From Lytechinus pictus (taxonomy: Eukaryota), in contig NC_087245.1 of the NCBI RefSeq assembly GCF_037042905.1, positions 15,068,001-15,132,000 on the forward strand: a stretch of 64,000 nt of DNA, given 5' to 3'. A program made the position numbers and the translations under genes. This document shows, piece after piece, positions 23,449-37,724 of this stretch (positions are counted from its first letter, which is position 1; every line of letters starts with the position of its first letter). The notes beneath the pieces are model-generated. The model was not told where the DNA came from and searched no databases. It saw nothing but the letters and a program-made list of their open reading frames with translations.

Positions 23449-26006
23449 AGGCTTTGTTTGCTAAATATTTTTGTAGGAATGGCTATTAGATGATTGATAT
23501 AAGCTTTGATCACAGACAGTTAATAATAGATTCATTCAGACTGTTGTATCTGATTAATGAATGATTAACCATGTTGCTACATGTATACAGACATTTGTCA
23601 ATCCTGAGTGACAGGCACAGTTTTTTAAAGTGTTATTTTTGCTACATTACATAAGGTTATTGGAGGATCACCCAAACGGACTGCATGGTAGGTTTGTGAC
23701 TGGACACCTGTAGATGCTTGGCTTCACTGCGTCGTTTGACTCTTCCCAATAAACTCATCATCTCGGGTACTTGGACAGGACAGATCTGCCGTATCCAATC
23801 AGTAGCAGTAGGAGAGGGGTCTTTTCATATCGTCTGGGGTGGTTGACCAATCAGCAGAGGGCGCTTCATCAGGGCCATCATGGCAGGGGAAGATTGAGGA
23901 CGAAGTGCACTCACCAACTTTCATCACCTGCTGGCATCGTCACTGCTTACATCTTTCTCAACTCCACAAACCACCATCCATCCCAACCAACGTCTTTTTA
24001 ACTATTGAAGACTGACACCTGCTACATATTAAGGTAAATGCATCTCCTGTCTTTAACTAGTTTAGGGGCTTAGAAACTCATGAGGGAGCTCTAGAGATGT
24101 CGTACAGACTGCAGACAGAGAATAAAAATGAAGCAACTGATGGATGAGGACTGAACCATTGTGACTGGAGAGAAAACTTCATGCTACTACACTCCTTCAA
24201 CTCTGCGCTTGATATACATTTTTTTGTTATAGTATATTGATTTTTTTTGCACAACAATAGACAGACTTGTACAGTTGAGAACTCCAGCTATTCTAAAGAC
24301 TTTCTGATAGTACCCTAATTACTTACAGCCTGATTTGCCACGTTATCAAAATTTGGTCTTGTTTTCAAGTCATTGGAACAAGTCTCCCTGGTTCATAATT
24401 TTTATTTTTTCTATTTTTTGCTGTGTTTTGTCCCTTTAAAAGTTTTATAATTTTCCTGTATTTATACGGCTATAGAACATCTTGCTCATGCAGTAAGTGC
24501 ACTATGTTTGGTTTAAAAAGGAATTTTGTCCATGTACTGGTTACAATCAAATTTCTGTAATGGTTTGACATCTTAACATATTTCACAAATTTATCTGATG
24601 GGGGGGGGGTTACATGTACCTTTTTTATTGATTGGTACGCTGAATGCCCCTTTTTTAGTTTTAAGATTTAATGTACCCAATCCAGGGGAAAAATTAGACG
24701 GGGGCTCAGGGATTCCCCCCCCCAAAAAAAAAAATGCTCACAAGAGCCCAGGAAACTTTTAAAAAAGGGGCCCTGGAAAATTCCCCTTTTTTGCAATGTT
24801 AAAGCTTATTGAATGTTGCAGATTGAGGTCATAAGTTGTATTAAAAGCATACCCCTGAAGTTTGAATTTTTTTGCCTGACTCATACCAAGATATATAATA
24901 CCTTTTTTGTGTCTACATGTATTAAAGGAAAAATTATATCATATACAGTTTATAGACATATAAACTGTATTTTTCTTTAATACATGTAGGCACAAAAAAG
25001 GTTATGCATAAAGATCTTTAAAATATATCTACTTTTAAAACTTGCCACACGCCAGGGCTCCTGTTTCCACAAAATATATCATTTGATATACATGTTGTTG
25101 GCTTATTTCTGGAGACTGGAGGGCTTCATCCAATTATGTTCGTAAAAGTTGAATAAATTGGCTTCACTCAGTTCCTTGAAAAATCAGTATGTATTATAGA
25201 TTCCAAATCTCTAGATGTATTCAGTGACAAGAAAAATAATATTGTAAAAAATGTCCTCGCACAAATTGGAGAGAAATATTGCACTGAAAATCATTCAGTG
25301 TTCAAATGGATGGAAATTGCAGCTCTTGGCTAGATTTTTTTGTGTGTGATTTCATAGCTAGGCTTTTTTTTTTGGCCTGAATTGCTATGTCAGGAAGAAT
25401 TGTTATGCATAATATAATCATGATTTTGAAAATGAAACTCTGTCATGATCATTGGAAGATCAACTTTAAGTTGTTATGTATATTGTCTGATGGTGACAAT
25501 TATGGTTATTTTTTATGCTGCAGTATTGGAGGTTAAAGGTCACAGAGGTTATTTAAATGGCTCGCCCTTGCAGTAACTAACAAACGTTGCTCATGTTAAG
25601 AAAACAAAATCTGAATACATGTACATGTAATTATGGTGGGAGGGTCACATGGCTCGAAAGGTCACCTTAAACTCCAACTGTGGAAAGCTTATGAGCTGAT
25701 CTACAAAAAATATTTTCTTTGTAGCAGGTTTGCTTTGCATAAGCAAAATAAAAGTCTTTCAAAGTCATGACCTTGAAAATCATGATTTTTGAATAAATGA
25801 ACTTTATTTATTTATTTTATTGTACTCTTCAAGATACACATTTCCTCAAAATATCATGCGAATCCAATGATTAGAACTGAAGCTACATGTACATGTATTA
25901 CATGTGTCATGGGAATAACCTCATTTTGTACAATTTTATGATAACACATGTTTTACATTGTAAAACTCCTTTAGTTTTTACAAAAATTTCGTTTTGACCC
26001 CCCTCT

Positions 26007-26300
26007 TATAATAATAATATGTCCATTTATATAGCGCAGTTACTATGTGCATATACTCAACTGTGCTTTGATACTTGGTATCATGTTATTACCCCGGCTG
26101 TAGCTAAGCCGCCATAATAATAGGCGCTAAAGCGTTCAAGGAATAAATCCTACCGGGTACCCATTCACCTCACCTGGGTTGAGTGCGGCACAATGTGGAT
26201 AAATTTCTTGCCGAAGGAAATTACGCCATGGCTGGGATTTGAACCCACGACCCTCTGTTTCAAAGTCCGGAGACTAATCCACTGGGCCACAATGCTCCAC
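26007..26300 (-). mobile_element. Full-length tRNA-derived SINE
   Basis: Minus-strand A box TGGCCCAGTGG, B box GGTTCAAATCC, shared body, (TTA)n tail. Confidence 0.85.
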
Positions 26301-27704
26301 AAATAATGATTGCTTATAAAAAAAAGAGGTGGAATATTGAAATAAATATGTTGCATGATGAAGTACTACACACATTAAACTAACCAAAAAGAAAAAAAAA
26401 GAAAATCATTGAAAAAAGAATGTTTTAGGCACCTGGCACATTAAAGCTAAACTTTGTAGTCTCAGCAGTTATAGGCCTTATCTAGATCTACATGTGCAAC
26501 ATTTATAACATAACTTTGTGAAATCAAAGATATCTCATCTGAAAAATGAGCAGACCGAAGCCAACACTGTATTATCATTATTGCTTGGAATGTGCCTGTC
26601 ACCTAGCGGGAGTGCTTTTTTTTTTTTTTTCTTTTGCCAATTCTGAGCAATTACATATTTTTCTAAGAATATTAGGGTGACATGGATTTTTGGGGTTGTA
26701 GCATCATGGGTCAATTAAAGAATCAAAGTGACCTTGCGATACAAATCATTATTCATTCTGATTGAATTTTAAAGTATTCCTTTCAAATTATTAGAAGTTA
26801 AAAATTGTGTGATTTTTAGATTAAGCAATGGCAGAGGAGTCAAGAAGTTAAAAAGGTATGCATTTTTGATTTTTTTTTTAAAAGTAGTTGGCTTCATTGC
26901 ACAAGATCAACATTTTTGCACAATTTTTTTTTCCAGATGTGAAAATCCAGGGTGGGAGCATGATCACATTATGCTTTATATCTACATGTACAGTATAATA
27001 AAATTCAATGTTTACCAAAATGCTTTTAAAAATGAAATAAAATTATGAACAAAGATTTCTGATCATTCTCGATCCTTACAGGCAAAGTGAAGAAGAGTAA
27101 AACCGTAGTTAACATGGATATACCCAGTTATTTTTATTTATTTTTTTAACTGGATTGAAAAATTAGAGACAACTTATGTCACATAAACTCAAGTTTTCAG
27201 AGATTTCAGCAATAAGTTCTATCCCCTATACATGGTGCTCTCATGTGTCTGAGGGAGAAAAATCTCATGCATACAGTTAGACCTCGAATCAGTCTGATGT
27301 GGGGACCCCTTTTCTACATTTTATTTTCAGTGTAAAAAAATTCTTAGTGGTATCCCTCAACCCTACGTCACTCTATCAAATAATGTTATTTAAGCGGCTG
27401 TATGAAATAATTCTTTGAAATACCACATGGTAAATGTTTGAGTCATGGTCTGCCCTGGAAACTTCAACACCAGGATTTAAGATATTGAACAACATAATTG
27501 GCTTAATAGGGTTATTTTAAATGGCTCAAAAAATTGTCCTGGAGCTATTATTGATCTTGATCTAATCAATTCTCACCTGATCTAATCTAATCTATTAAAT
27601 CTCTCAGAATAGATTGTAGCACAATTATTTAGAATTGAGGTATATATTTGCAAGTAGTATCTTGAGAATGATATCTTACACCAAGGAACAATGTACATGT
27701 ATAC

Positions 27705-29157
27705 TAGGTTTGGGCGATTCCCACCTTTCCAAGAACCGACTCCGGCTCTGACCTAAGGCTTCGGTTCCGAGAGGAGTCGACTCCACCATCACTGAACACA
27801 TTAGTGAATTACGAGATACACACCGAGCTCTTTTCATGTCCATAAAGTGAATGAAGCTACATGTACTGTATACACTAGCAAGATATCCCCCTCTTTTTCT
27901 CTCTAATACATCTCTCCCCCCCTCTTTCTCTTTTTCAAACCAACCTTTTGGGTTTCTTGTTTGTTATTGAAACCTTGAAAGTGTGTATCTTAAAGGGGGC
28001 AATTATGTGGTCAGTAGATAATACCCCTTTCAAACTGGCCTCTTCATTTTTCCCCGGCGAACATCTCCGGCACGCATTCCTCACTTCCCCGGCGAAGAAA
28101 AAAATTTACCCTTTCGCACTGACATCTCTTCCCCGGCGAAAGTCGACGGGTGATTTGCTCGGGCGTAAGTAAGTGCAAATGAAAGCGCACGCTTTTTTCA
28201 ATTTGAATTTTAATCGTACTCTTTCCTTATTTATTGCAGATACCTAATTAATTTTATTAGTTTTGGAGATGACAGCTGCTGCTGATCAGCTCACTCGGCA
28301 TGTCCATGCAGAATTAGAACGAACAAAAAGAAAATTGTAAACATTGCTTCACCGATTACAAAAAGGTGTAAAAAAAAATTACAACATATTCTAGAAATAT
28401 TAGAAGCAAAATAAAAAAAAGTATAAAAGTATTTTGATATTTTAAGCGCATTTTCAGCATGTAAAATAACGGTTTTATAATAAATATCGTTAGTGAAAAA
28501 AAACTGTATGTTCCATCGAGAATATTTAACTCTATGGAATGATTAAATCGCTCATAAAGCGTGGCCTTCTACATTTAGCCACAGAATTAATAGCTAGCTA
28601 GCTCGCGAGATCTCAGTTCAGGGGATTTCGGGGAGAGAAAAAATGACATCTGACGTCATTAAAGAGGAGAAGTTATCCGGTTTGCTTTCATACTGGCTGT
28701 ACAGCCAGGGAAACAGTTTCACCGGCGAAGTTCGCCGGGGAAGTTCTCCTGTGTACCTTTCATACTGGACACTTTCCCCTTCGCTGGCGAAGTTCGCCGG
28801 GGAAAAGCGCAATATGAAAGGGGTATAAGAGAAGCCAGACATGTTCTGTTTAGATTAGTCTGCTTGCACAGGCCCTACGTGACACTAATAGGTCTATAGA
28901 GCAATGGTCTGGCACAACTACACATTGAACTAACTTGTGTATTAGATTTCCATACAATGATTTAAGCCTGCAATTATAAAGTAATTCTGGAATTCTCTTC
29001 AACAGGACTTTTATGTGTTATAAAACAGAATCGGTTCTCTTGTAGAGTGGATCCCTCAGGCTCGAGTAATGGGCCTTGAAAGAATGGGGGTCGACTCCTC
29101 GACTCTGGTGACAAGAATCGGGGAGACTTGATTACTCGGCTCTGATGCCCAAGCCTA
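27705..29157. mobile_element. hAT non-autonomous element
   Basis: TAGG(T/C)TTGGGC TIR with perfect 8-bp TSD ATGTATAC. Confidence 0.8.
28022..28825. mobile_element. PIF/Harbinger non-autonomous element nested in the hAT element
   Basis: TACCCCTTT...AAAGGGGTA TIR with TAA TSD. Subterminal ccccggcgaa repeats. Confidence 0.8.
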
Positions 29158-29211
29158 ATGTATACAGTATTCATATTTTTGAATCCCCTCATGAGATTTC
29201 AGCTTTCATAG

Positions 29212-29545
29212 TAATAATTATAATAATAGCTATTTTTTATATAGTGCTTTTCCCATAATGGCCCAAAGCGCTTTACAGCATATTATTACCCCGGTCATCG
29301 GATCCTTACATGCCCGCATACAATGTATGCACCTTCTCCACTCCCTGAGGAGCATATTGAGTCTTGGAACTCTTGTTGGAATGATTCCAACAAGAGTTCC
29401 AAGACTCAATTGCTAGGCATACTACATAGGCTAACGAGTACCCATTTAGCACCTGTGTCGAGAGTGGCAAAGTGTGGATTAACGCCTTGCCTAAGGACGC
29501 TAGACCGCAGTGGGATTCGAACACACGACCCTCTGTAAGAACAGG
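29212..29545 (-). mobile_element. tRNA-derived SINE (5' truncated) containing a perfect internal palindrome
   Basis: B box GTTCGAATCC on the minus strand, shared body, (TTA)n tail. Confidence 0.8.
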
Positions 29546-32099
29546 GAATTTTGAAATCTTTATTTTACTATTCATATATTGGAATGTTAATATAAAGTGC
29601 TAATAGTAGACATCATAGACAGATAGAAATATAGTTCATCAATCTGATTACTTACAAAAATTCAAACGGCCTCTGTTTCTCTGGATTAAAAAAAGTACAA
29701 TTAGCATACATCAACGTTTTTCTGTCCAACATTAGCGTAAAGGTATAAACTGCTTCAAATTACGGTTACACTAAACAGACGGTACAAATTTATGGAAGAT
29801 GTTTCACTTATCTTCACAAAACTATTCCTTTACTTTTGTCAGTGACACGTAATGATTTCCATTAAGCCTGGCGCACACTACATGATCTGTTGTTGCCCAG
29901 CTTTAAAAAAATTAGCACTTTAAAAAATAAAGATTTGAAAATTCCCTGTTCTTCTGTAGAAATAAAAGCAAATTTGATTCCAAATCGTGATAAAGTCTTT
30001 GGCTTCAACTTAAAGCTCATTTGGAGGTAACTCTTGCCACAAGGTTTAAAGCAAAGCAGAATTATAATTTTAGTATCCCTAGCATTATGCTGAACTTCCA
30101 AATGAAATAAATGTTACTTCTTGGAACTTTCGTATATATGTATGCACATGTGATTTGTTAAAAGAATGTGTTGTAGTCAGATTGTCTAGTGTGCAGTAAG
30201 CTTTAAAAAGAATGAAATTCAAAGGATCAGCTTTACCACTTCTCAGTTTGTGAATAATTGATACAGTACCTTTTTTTATAGCCCTAAGAGAGCCAAGACA
30301 TCAACTTTTATGCGATATTTGACAAGCAGGGATAATGTTTAGATTGATGAATACATTGTTTGGAAACATATACATGTACTTCACATTCTGCAAACATAGA
30401 TCTATTACTGGCTTCGTAATCGATCAGTCAGCCACTTATTTGGCTTTATCTTGTTTAATATGGATTATTCTTTTACATATACTGTTCCATGTATATTTTT
30501 CATTGTGATGAGAAGTGATTTGGGTATTTTTTCCATTTCTTATGGCGGTTTTTGTGCTTCCTGTCCATGTTTGTGGCAAATATTTGTACTGAGATCTGTA
30601 CCTAAAATTGAGGGTCTGAAATTTAGCAGGTCTGGAAAACCTAGAACAATAACTAGAGTTCCTTTGACTTGTAGAACATGTCTAGGCTCCTTGATCAAAT
30701 GAATCTAAAATACTCTGTAGAAAATTTGGTTGTATACATGTAGGCCTACATTCAGAGTATTTTCATTTAGAGTACTTTCAGAGTATTATACTGATCAAGT
30801 GATCAATATGTTTCATTGCTGTGTAAATTTTGTCCTTGTTTATGACTGAGGAAACCAGATGTATCAGGGTAAACTATTGTTCTTCATTCATTGGCAGATT
30901 GCAGTGATTTGGGGACAGAGAGTTATGTGAGGCTACAGCACACATGCCTCGTAATAAAAAGTATGGTAATACAAGGACACACATTTCACACACTGTGTTG
31001 TGTTCCATGCTCAAATGCATTGTGCCTCTACATACAGACTGCAAGCTGCTTCGTTGTGCAGAGAGCTGTATTCAAAGGTCATACCCAAAATCTGTTTTGA
31101 AGGTGTGTCTCTTGTTTGGCAGCCATGTTTGTCGCTGAGCTTGAGCTGGTTAGGGACTTGAGATAGCTGTGCTTGCTCTCTGTTGCTCCCTGCCTACTGT
31201 GTGTATAGTCATCATGCACATGATTGTGCTGTGAGGCTTAGAGGGTGTACTTTTATTAGGGAAACTACCTTTTTTTCGTTTACAGACTTCCCTTTCTACC
31301 TCCCATATTTCAATTCATATCTTGCTCGATATTCATCTGTTCTTGTGAACAGCTACATGTATCTACCTTCACAAGTATCTTTCTCAGATTGTGTACAACT
31401 ATGGTGGTCATGATTATCAACTTTCTCAGTCAAAATTATGAACAGATAATTTTTGCTTTTTGTTCCTTTTTCCCTTTTTTGCAATCTCATCGCGACTATG
31501 GTTAGGCAATTAACGTTTTAGATATTGGTACTCGATACATGTAGAATCCTGACTTATATCATGGAGCTATAGCTCCATGCTTATATCCATTATCCAATCC
31601 AAACCTTTTCCTCTCTGTTGCGATGCACTGCACACACTACTCCATTATATATTTCCTATTACTGTAGTACAGTCATGGATGGAGATTTGGTTTTCCAATC
31701 TAACTTCAAAATTTACGGTGACGGATATATTTGGTTGAATGATAAATTCATACATTTACTTATGAATTCTATGTCAGATAAGTGTGAGCTTCATCAAAAT
31801 TGTTAGGTTGACGATATCAACCTCCCTTTTAAAAATGATCCCCTTGCTTGCAGTGCATTAGCTTTCTTGGGTATTCAAAATGGTATGTGTGGGGAATGAA
31901 TACAGTATTGCAAAGCAAGAAGACTTGCACATAAGAAATAGGGGCAAAAATATTTTTTTTTAATAGAATATTGTACTTTCCATCCATTCTAGAAATCTGT
32001 TAATGAGCATCTTGAACAAAGTATACTGTAGGCCTACATTGTGTATCAGTTGTCAGTCGTTGATGCATAGATAGCCAATATACCTGAAAATAGATGAAT

Positions 32100-32290
32100 C
32101 AATAATAATGATAATTATGTGTTAAGTTCATGCAGGGTTAGCCAGTTCAGTTAGGTAATTATTGCTCTGATAGAGGGCCCTTCATATTATTACTCTTCTC
32201 CGATCTAAATGCCGAGGGCCTAGCTAGAAGACAGTTCAAGATCTCTTATTCTTTGGTATGACTCTGCCGGGATTCAAACCTACATGCGTG
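32100..32290 (-). mobile_element. Degraded SINE
   Basis: B-box-like GGTTTGAATCC on the minus strand and (TTA)-like tail. Confidence 0.5.
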
Positions 32291-33043
32291 ACCCCGGAGG
32301 GGCCACTTCCATTGAAGAGTGGATACCATGCGCGACCACGGGGTCTTGAAAAGCACCCTAAATACGTATGTTCCATATTCTAAAAATGCACCCCTTAACA
32401 AGTATTGGCATGTGAAACCCTACCCTTAACAAGTAAACAAATACTATTGGCAAGTATTCCCAGAATTGAGCCCCTAAACAAGTACAGCGATGTATTTTCC
32501 ATATTCTGAAAATGCACCCCTTAACAAGTAAAGTAAAAGTAATCAGTCACTTTTTTCCATGTCCTTTTTGTGTAATGCGACTGACCAATTTTTGGGGCGT
32601 CATGGTGTCCAGAATAAACAGCATACAACCTCTCTGTATATTGTAATAAAGCCTCAGTTGTCAAGATAAACTGACAGTAAACTTGACAGAAGGACTCAGC
32701 CGTAAGTATTAGAAAAGACACATAAAAGTGTAATGCGACTGACCGTGGAATCGCCCATAGGCATGGAATTTACACAAGGAAAGCATATACTGCACACTGT
32801 TTTGACGATTCTTGTCCAGCTTGGCTTTCCATAGAGATCAAACTGGAGTTTGGAAGCTTTCATGAAATGGGCCCCTGAACTTTTTATACAGTTAAATTCC
32901 TTACATCATGTGGAAGAGAATTCTGACTTTAGTATCCCATGGATACGATATAATGGAAGCCATGATGAGTTTTCACTCTCCTGAACATTACTCTTTTTCA
33001 CTCCATCAGCATGGAATTATTCCCAAATTAAAACTAGATCCAG

Positions 33044-33206
33044 GGGGGCGTTTCATAAAGCTGTTCGTATAAAGTTAAGAACGACTGGTGAACCTTTCTT
33101 ACGTGCCAAACCATCGCCAATGAAGATACCATTTACCACAAGAAAGGATCTCCAGTCATTTTTTAAAGTCGCTCTTAACTTACGAGCAGCTTTATGAAAA
33201 ACCCAC
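33044..33206. mobile_element. Harbinger-like MITE
   Basis: GGGGGCGTTTCATAAAGCTG...CAGCTTTATGAAAAACCCAC with CAG TSD. Confidence 0.8.
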
Positions 33207-34493
33207 CAGGTACACAATATTTTGCTAAGATATAGAGATAAATAGATATGGCTCTCCATATTAATTTTTTGATCAGTAACAAAACATGATATTGGCAAGA
33301 TTAAAGTTACACGCACTTTACAATTGAAAATCTGAAAACTTTGGTAGAGGTTCAATAATGTGAATTACATTGGTGTTTTATTTACCATTCCAATTTTACA
33401 AAACGGATTATCTTTTTTTCATTTATTAATATATGTGAAAATTCGAATTTTTATTACATTTAGCACCGTCTCAGTAATGGTTTTATTTTTCTCTAAAAAA
33501 GAGAGACTATTTGAACAAAATACAATTCCATATTTTGTGATTGCATATATTGCTACATACAGAGATTATATCCTGATTTTTTTTTCAACCCATTTTATGT
33601 TTGACATATTGCTTTATACAAAAAAAGTAGTGTTCTTTTTAATATTAAGATATTGGTTAACCAAAAAAAAAATCATGCAAAGTCGCAACAAAATGAATGA
33701 TAAAATGAAACCTGTTTTAATTTCATATCATGTACATCCCACTCAATATTTTGGGACATACACTTGGAAATGAACTGAGATGTTGACTAACTTTTTGAGG
33801 GGAATTCACCAAAACTCAGGGAATGAATTAACTTTGTTCAAAGTATAGGAATTAGCTTCTTGAGAAAATAGAGGCATATTATATCTCTTCCAACAGTGAA
33901 ACCAATGCTACACTTTTAGACAAAATGGAAGTAAAACTAAAAGAAGGCTTTATGCATGTATACACCATTAAGTGGGAGATGTAGGTTGATGGAATAAGGG
34001 TCAACAGAACATTTAGGCTCCTCTTCCCTCTCTCCTGCCCAGTCCTGCCCTCCCCTCCTGTTGAGAGACTGATTGCTGTTGTCATGTACGCGTGAAGTCC
34101 AGAGCAGAATGTTGATTTAATGATAACTTCTGCATTGGAACATCAACTTTTTCCTATCAATCGTTTAATCACTTTATCAATAAATCAACTCATTCAATGT
34201 GCAGTGTGATCAATCAAACATTCAGTTTTTTTTCCAAAAGTTATTTCATAAATCATCATAATAAGTCAATTCTTAAAAAAATGACCATCAGCTACCAGTC
34301 ACTTGGGAGTAAAGTTTGAATAGGCTACAATCCAGGAAGTGAGACAGAGAGTGAGAGGGAGCCTGGGAAATGGAGGTGGGGAAGGTACATGACTTTTAAT
34401 TTGTAAAATGACAAAAAGAAGAGGAATGTTCTTGTAACCAAGTCTTACCATATCTCGCCCTCTTGCTTGTAACAGGTACCATCACATTACTCT

Positions 34494-35081
34494 AACTCTC
34501 ACGAATACACTGCTGAGGTCCACAAGATGAATATGCTACACTAAAATTACAATTCCTGTCACTCATGCATTAAATTTAAATTTAGTAACTCATGAAATTT
34601 GCTTCAGAAACCAAAACTTATCTCATTAATTTAGCATAACACCCTTAGCTTTGCAAGTTCCAAAGGACTAACCACTCAAAAAAACTGTAAGGCTAATTCC
34701 TGTCCAGCCTAGCGGAGCTTAGTCTCTTAGGAGGAGAGAGGTGGGGGGGGGGGTAGAGATGGATGGAGGGGTTGCTAAATGTTCTGTTGACCTTTATCCC
34801 ATCAATGTACTTCACCTACTTAAGTCCTATCTTACCCCCTATTCTCCTGACTCTCATGAAAACATTGCTGAGATCTAAATGATAAAGTAAAAATGCTGCA
34901 CTAAAAACTGCAATTCATGATCACTCATGCATTAAATTTCAATATAATAACGCCTGAAATTTTCTCAAACAACAAACTGGTCACAATTGATCATTAATTC
35001 ATCACAAAACCCTCAAATTTGCAAGTTCCAAACAAAAACAAAAATCCTGAAAGAAATTGGAAGGCTAATTCTGGCCCAGCA
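34494..35081. repeat. Local tandem duplication of a ~220-bp unit (34494-34710 and 34849-35081)
   Basis: Shared actctca..aa..ca.tgctgag, atgct.cactaaaa, tcactcatgcattaaattt, tttgcaagttccaaa, aaggctaattc. Confidence 0.7.
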
Positions 35082-35695
35082 TAATTTTCATACCCTTTGT
35101 TTCAGTGGGATGTGCTCGCTCAAGCATGAATAGTTTTCCAACTTTTTGGTGTCATTTGAAAGTTGAGTTTATTGGCTTTCCATATCTATACAAGTCTTTC
35201 TCCCCAAAGTGATATATTTTTTTTGGCAGCCATTTCAAAAGTAATTTTTTTTTAATGCACTGTAGGCCTATAGAATACAATATGGTCTGCCAGTTGGCTG
35301 TAAACTGGACTCTCATTGGTTAATGAAGTCATTAATGACTTAACACAGGACAGGGAGTAGATACCAGTGCTTAAAGGGCCTTCAATAAGAAACATTTTTT
35401 TATAAAGGTTCATCTTTAAAGGGAATAAGATTTCATCTCCCATAATAAACTACCTGACTTTTGTCTTTTTAAATATACTGGTAGCTAGTTTGATATCCAT
35501 GGTGAAATTCTATTTAAAAAAGTGAAAAACTTTGAAGTTGTAAAGAAATGGATTTGGCCCTTTTGCAAGTAAACTCTTCATTCTAGTATATGGAAACTCA
35601 TAAATTGGTACTTTATCAGTGCCAAGAGTGTTATGCTTTTATTGTAAAAATATAGCTAGTACTCTCTTTTGGCATATAACCATTTTACTTATTAA

Positions 35696-36299
35696 AGGTC
35701 AAGTCCACCCCAGGAAAATGCTGACTTGAATAGAAAGAGAAAAATCAAACTAGCATAGTGCTGAAAATTTCATCAAAATCGGATGTAAAATAAGAAAGTT
35801 ATGACATTTTAAAATTTCGCTTATTTTTCACAAAACAGTGATATGCACAATTAGATGGGTCAGTCGATGATGTCCATCACTCACTCTTTCTTTTGTTTTT
35901 TACTGTTTGAATTATACAATATTTCATTTTTTTATAGATTTGACAATAAGGAGCAACTTGACTGAAACATAGTATTAAACAATGCTAATGCCACATGTTC
36001 AGGGAGGAATTAATTGTTGTATCACTTGCCAATGAGGAGAAAATTAGAATATTTTATATTTGACATAATAAAATACAAAAGAAATAGTGAGTGGATGACG
36101 TCATAGTCTCCTCATTCGCATACCAAGTGGTATTACCAGCCAGGATGTGCATGTAACTGTTTTGTGAAAATTAAGCAAAACTTTAAAATGTTGTAACTTT
36201 CATATTTTACATCCAATTTTGGTGAAATTTTCAGTGTTATGCTTGTTGGATATTTCTCTTTTTATTCAAATCAACTTTTTGTTGGGGTGAACTTGTCCT
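35696..36299. mobile_element. Kolobok-like MITE with ~150-bp TIRs
   Basis: AGG.CAAGT.CACCCCA...TGGGGTGAACTTGTCCT termini with TTAA TSD. Confidence 0.8.
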
Positions 36300-37663
36300 T
36301 TAAAAGTTTGTTGTACTCAACAAGGTCTAGCTTCATTTATTTTTTTCTACAATCATTTTATCTACTTTTAACATCTAAGCTTCGAATCAGTCCAAATCAT
36401 AATCAGTCATTCCTCGGACATGCCACTTCATAGTTCACGCGACTGAATAACTCAGTTCTAGGCTTGAAATATAAGTTTCATAACTTTACTTGTGTGTTTG
36501 CAATTACAACGTCACTGTTACACAATCGTGGCTATCATGTGTGCAGTTCTTTGTGATAGTCTTTGCATTCAGACTTTTCATTACTTTCTAGTCAGGGATA
36601 TCACACCAGTTTGCGTAAATTCCACTCGACCTGATAACCATTTCCATCCCCATTAATTCAAACATATTTCACCTTGGTTAAAATGAAATGATATTAAGAT
36701 CAAATGGTAATTAAACCAAATGATAGACCAGCTGATAATTTACTTGGTGGCCATGGGAACTTGTAGCAAGTAGGTAGAAAAAATAATACATGAAACAAAA
36801 GGGTTTAGCTCTAATCTAATGAAGATCAGGAAACTAGATCAGGTGGCTAGTGACCAAGTGGCCATACAATGTTTTTATATGCCCAGTAGGGCACTGCATT
36901 GTACATATCCAAATCTGGATTCAAAATAGAAAAGAAATTAAGAAATAGATATAATTTGTGACGAAATAGTTAGCCTCTTGTGAAAAAAGGGCCAGGGAAT
37001 ATGCATTTCTCAGTGATTCACATACAGTGATGCTTTCTTATCCCCATGGAAACTCAAGATAGACTCATAGATCCAAATGTGTTTGATTTGTTAATAGAAA
37101 ATTCATGCAGAATATACTGTACAGAGGCATGGCTACACAAATTTGCCAAAGTGCAAAAGGAAAGGTACCTGCTGTAAAATGAAAATCTTGCTCTTTGACT
37201 CGGAGCAAGCTTGTCATTGTAAAGTTAGACATGTTCTGTAACACAGGGTCCAGGAATGTACCTATTTTCAATATCCTCAGCCATTTGACCAAAGAAATTT
37301 CAAAGCTACATGTATTTTGTGCTAACATAACCTAAAAATGATGCCAAAAGAGATTCTAGTGTTCCTGCAGCAAAGTATGAAAAGCAGTGGATATCAGTAA
37401 TTATATTATTTTAGTTTCTCCTGATTTGCTTTCTTGAGAGCTCTCATATTTCTTTGACACATGACCAGGGGAAGATTCAAAAGAGGGGTGGGGGCAAGGC
37501 ACACCCCTCCCCCACCCTATCATCACCTGCATATCACCTTGGAACAGGATGTAATCAAGAAACAATCACTTGTGTATTAAACTCGGACGAGTGTTTGAAA
37601 ACCAATAGATCTTACAGATTATTTGATACCAACCTTGACACTTCTCTGATTTGTTTGAAAAAA

Positions 37664-37719
<56 letters not shown>
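37664..37719. repeat. (AT)n microsatellite (a second one at ~14554-14582)
   Basis: Direct observation. Confidence 0.95.

Positions 37720-37724
<5 letters not shown>

Noticed and set aside
26225..26300. tRNA gene (also ~8303 and ~29510)
   Set aside because: SINE or TE-embedded heads without a complete cloverleaf.
30891..31138. Cys-rich short ORFs as an exon
   Set aside because: No recognisable domain, weak donor, no frame-compatible partners.
33360..33773. 137-aa hydrophobic ORF
   Set aside because: AT-rich low-complexity chance ORF with a non-ATG start.
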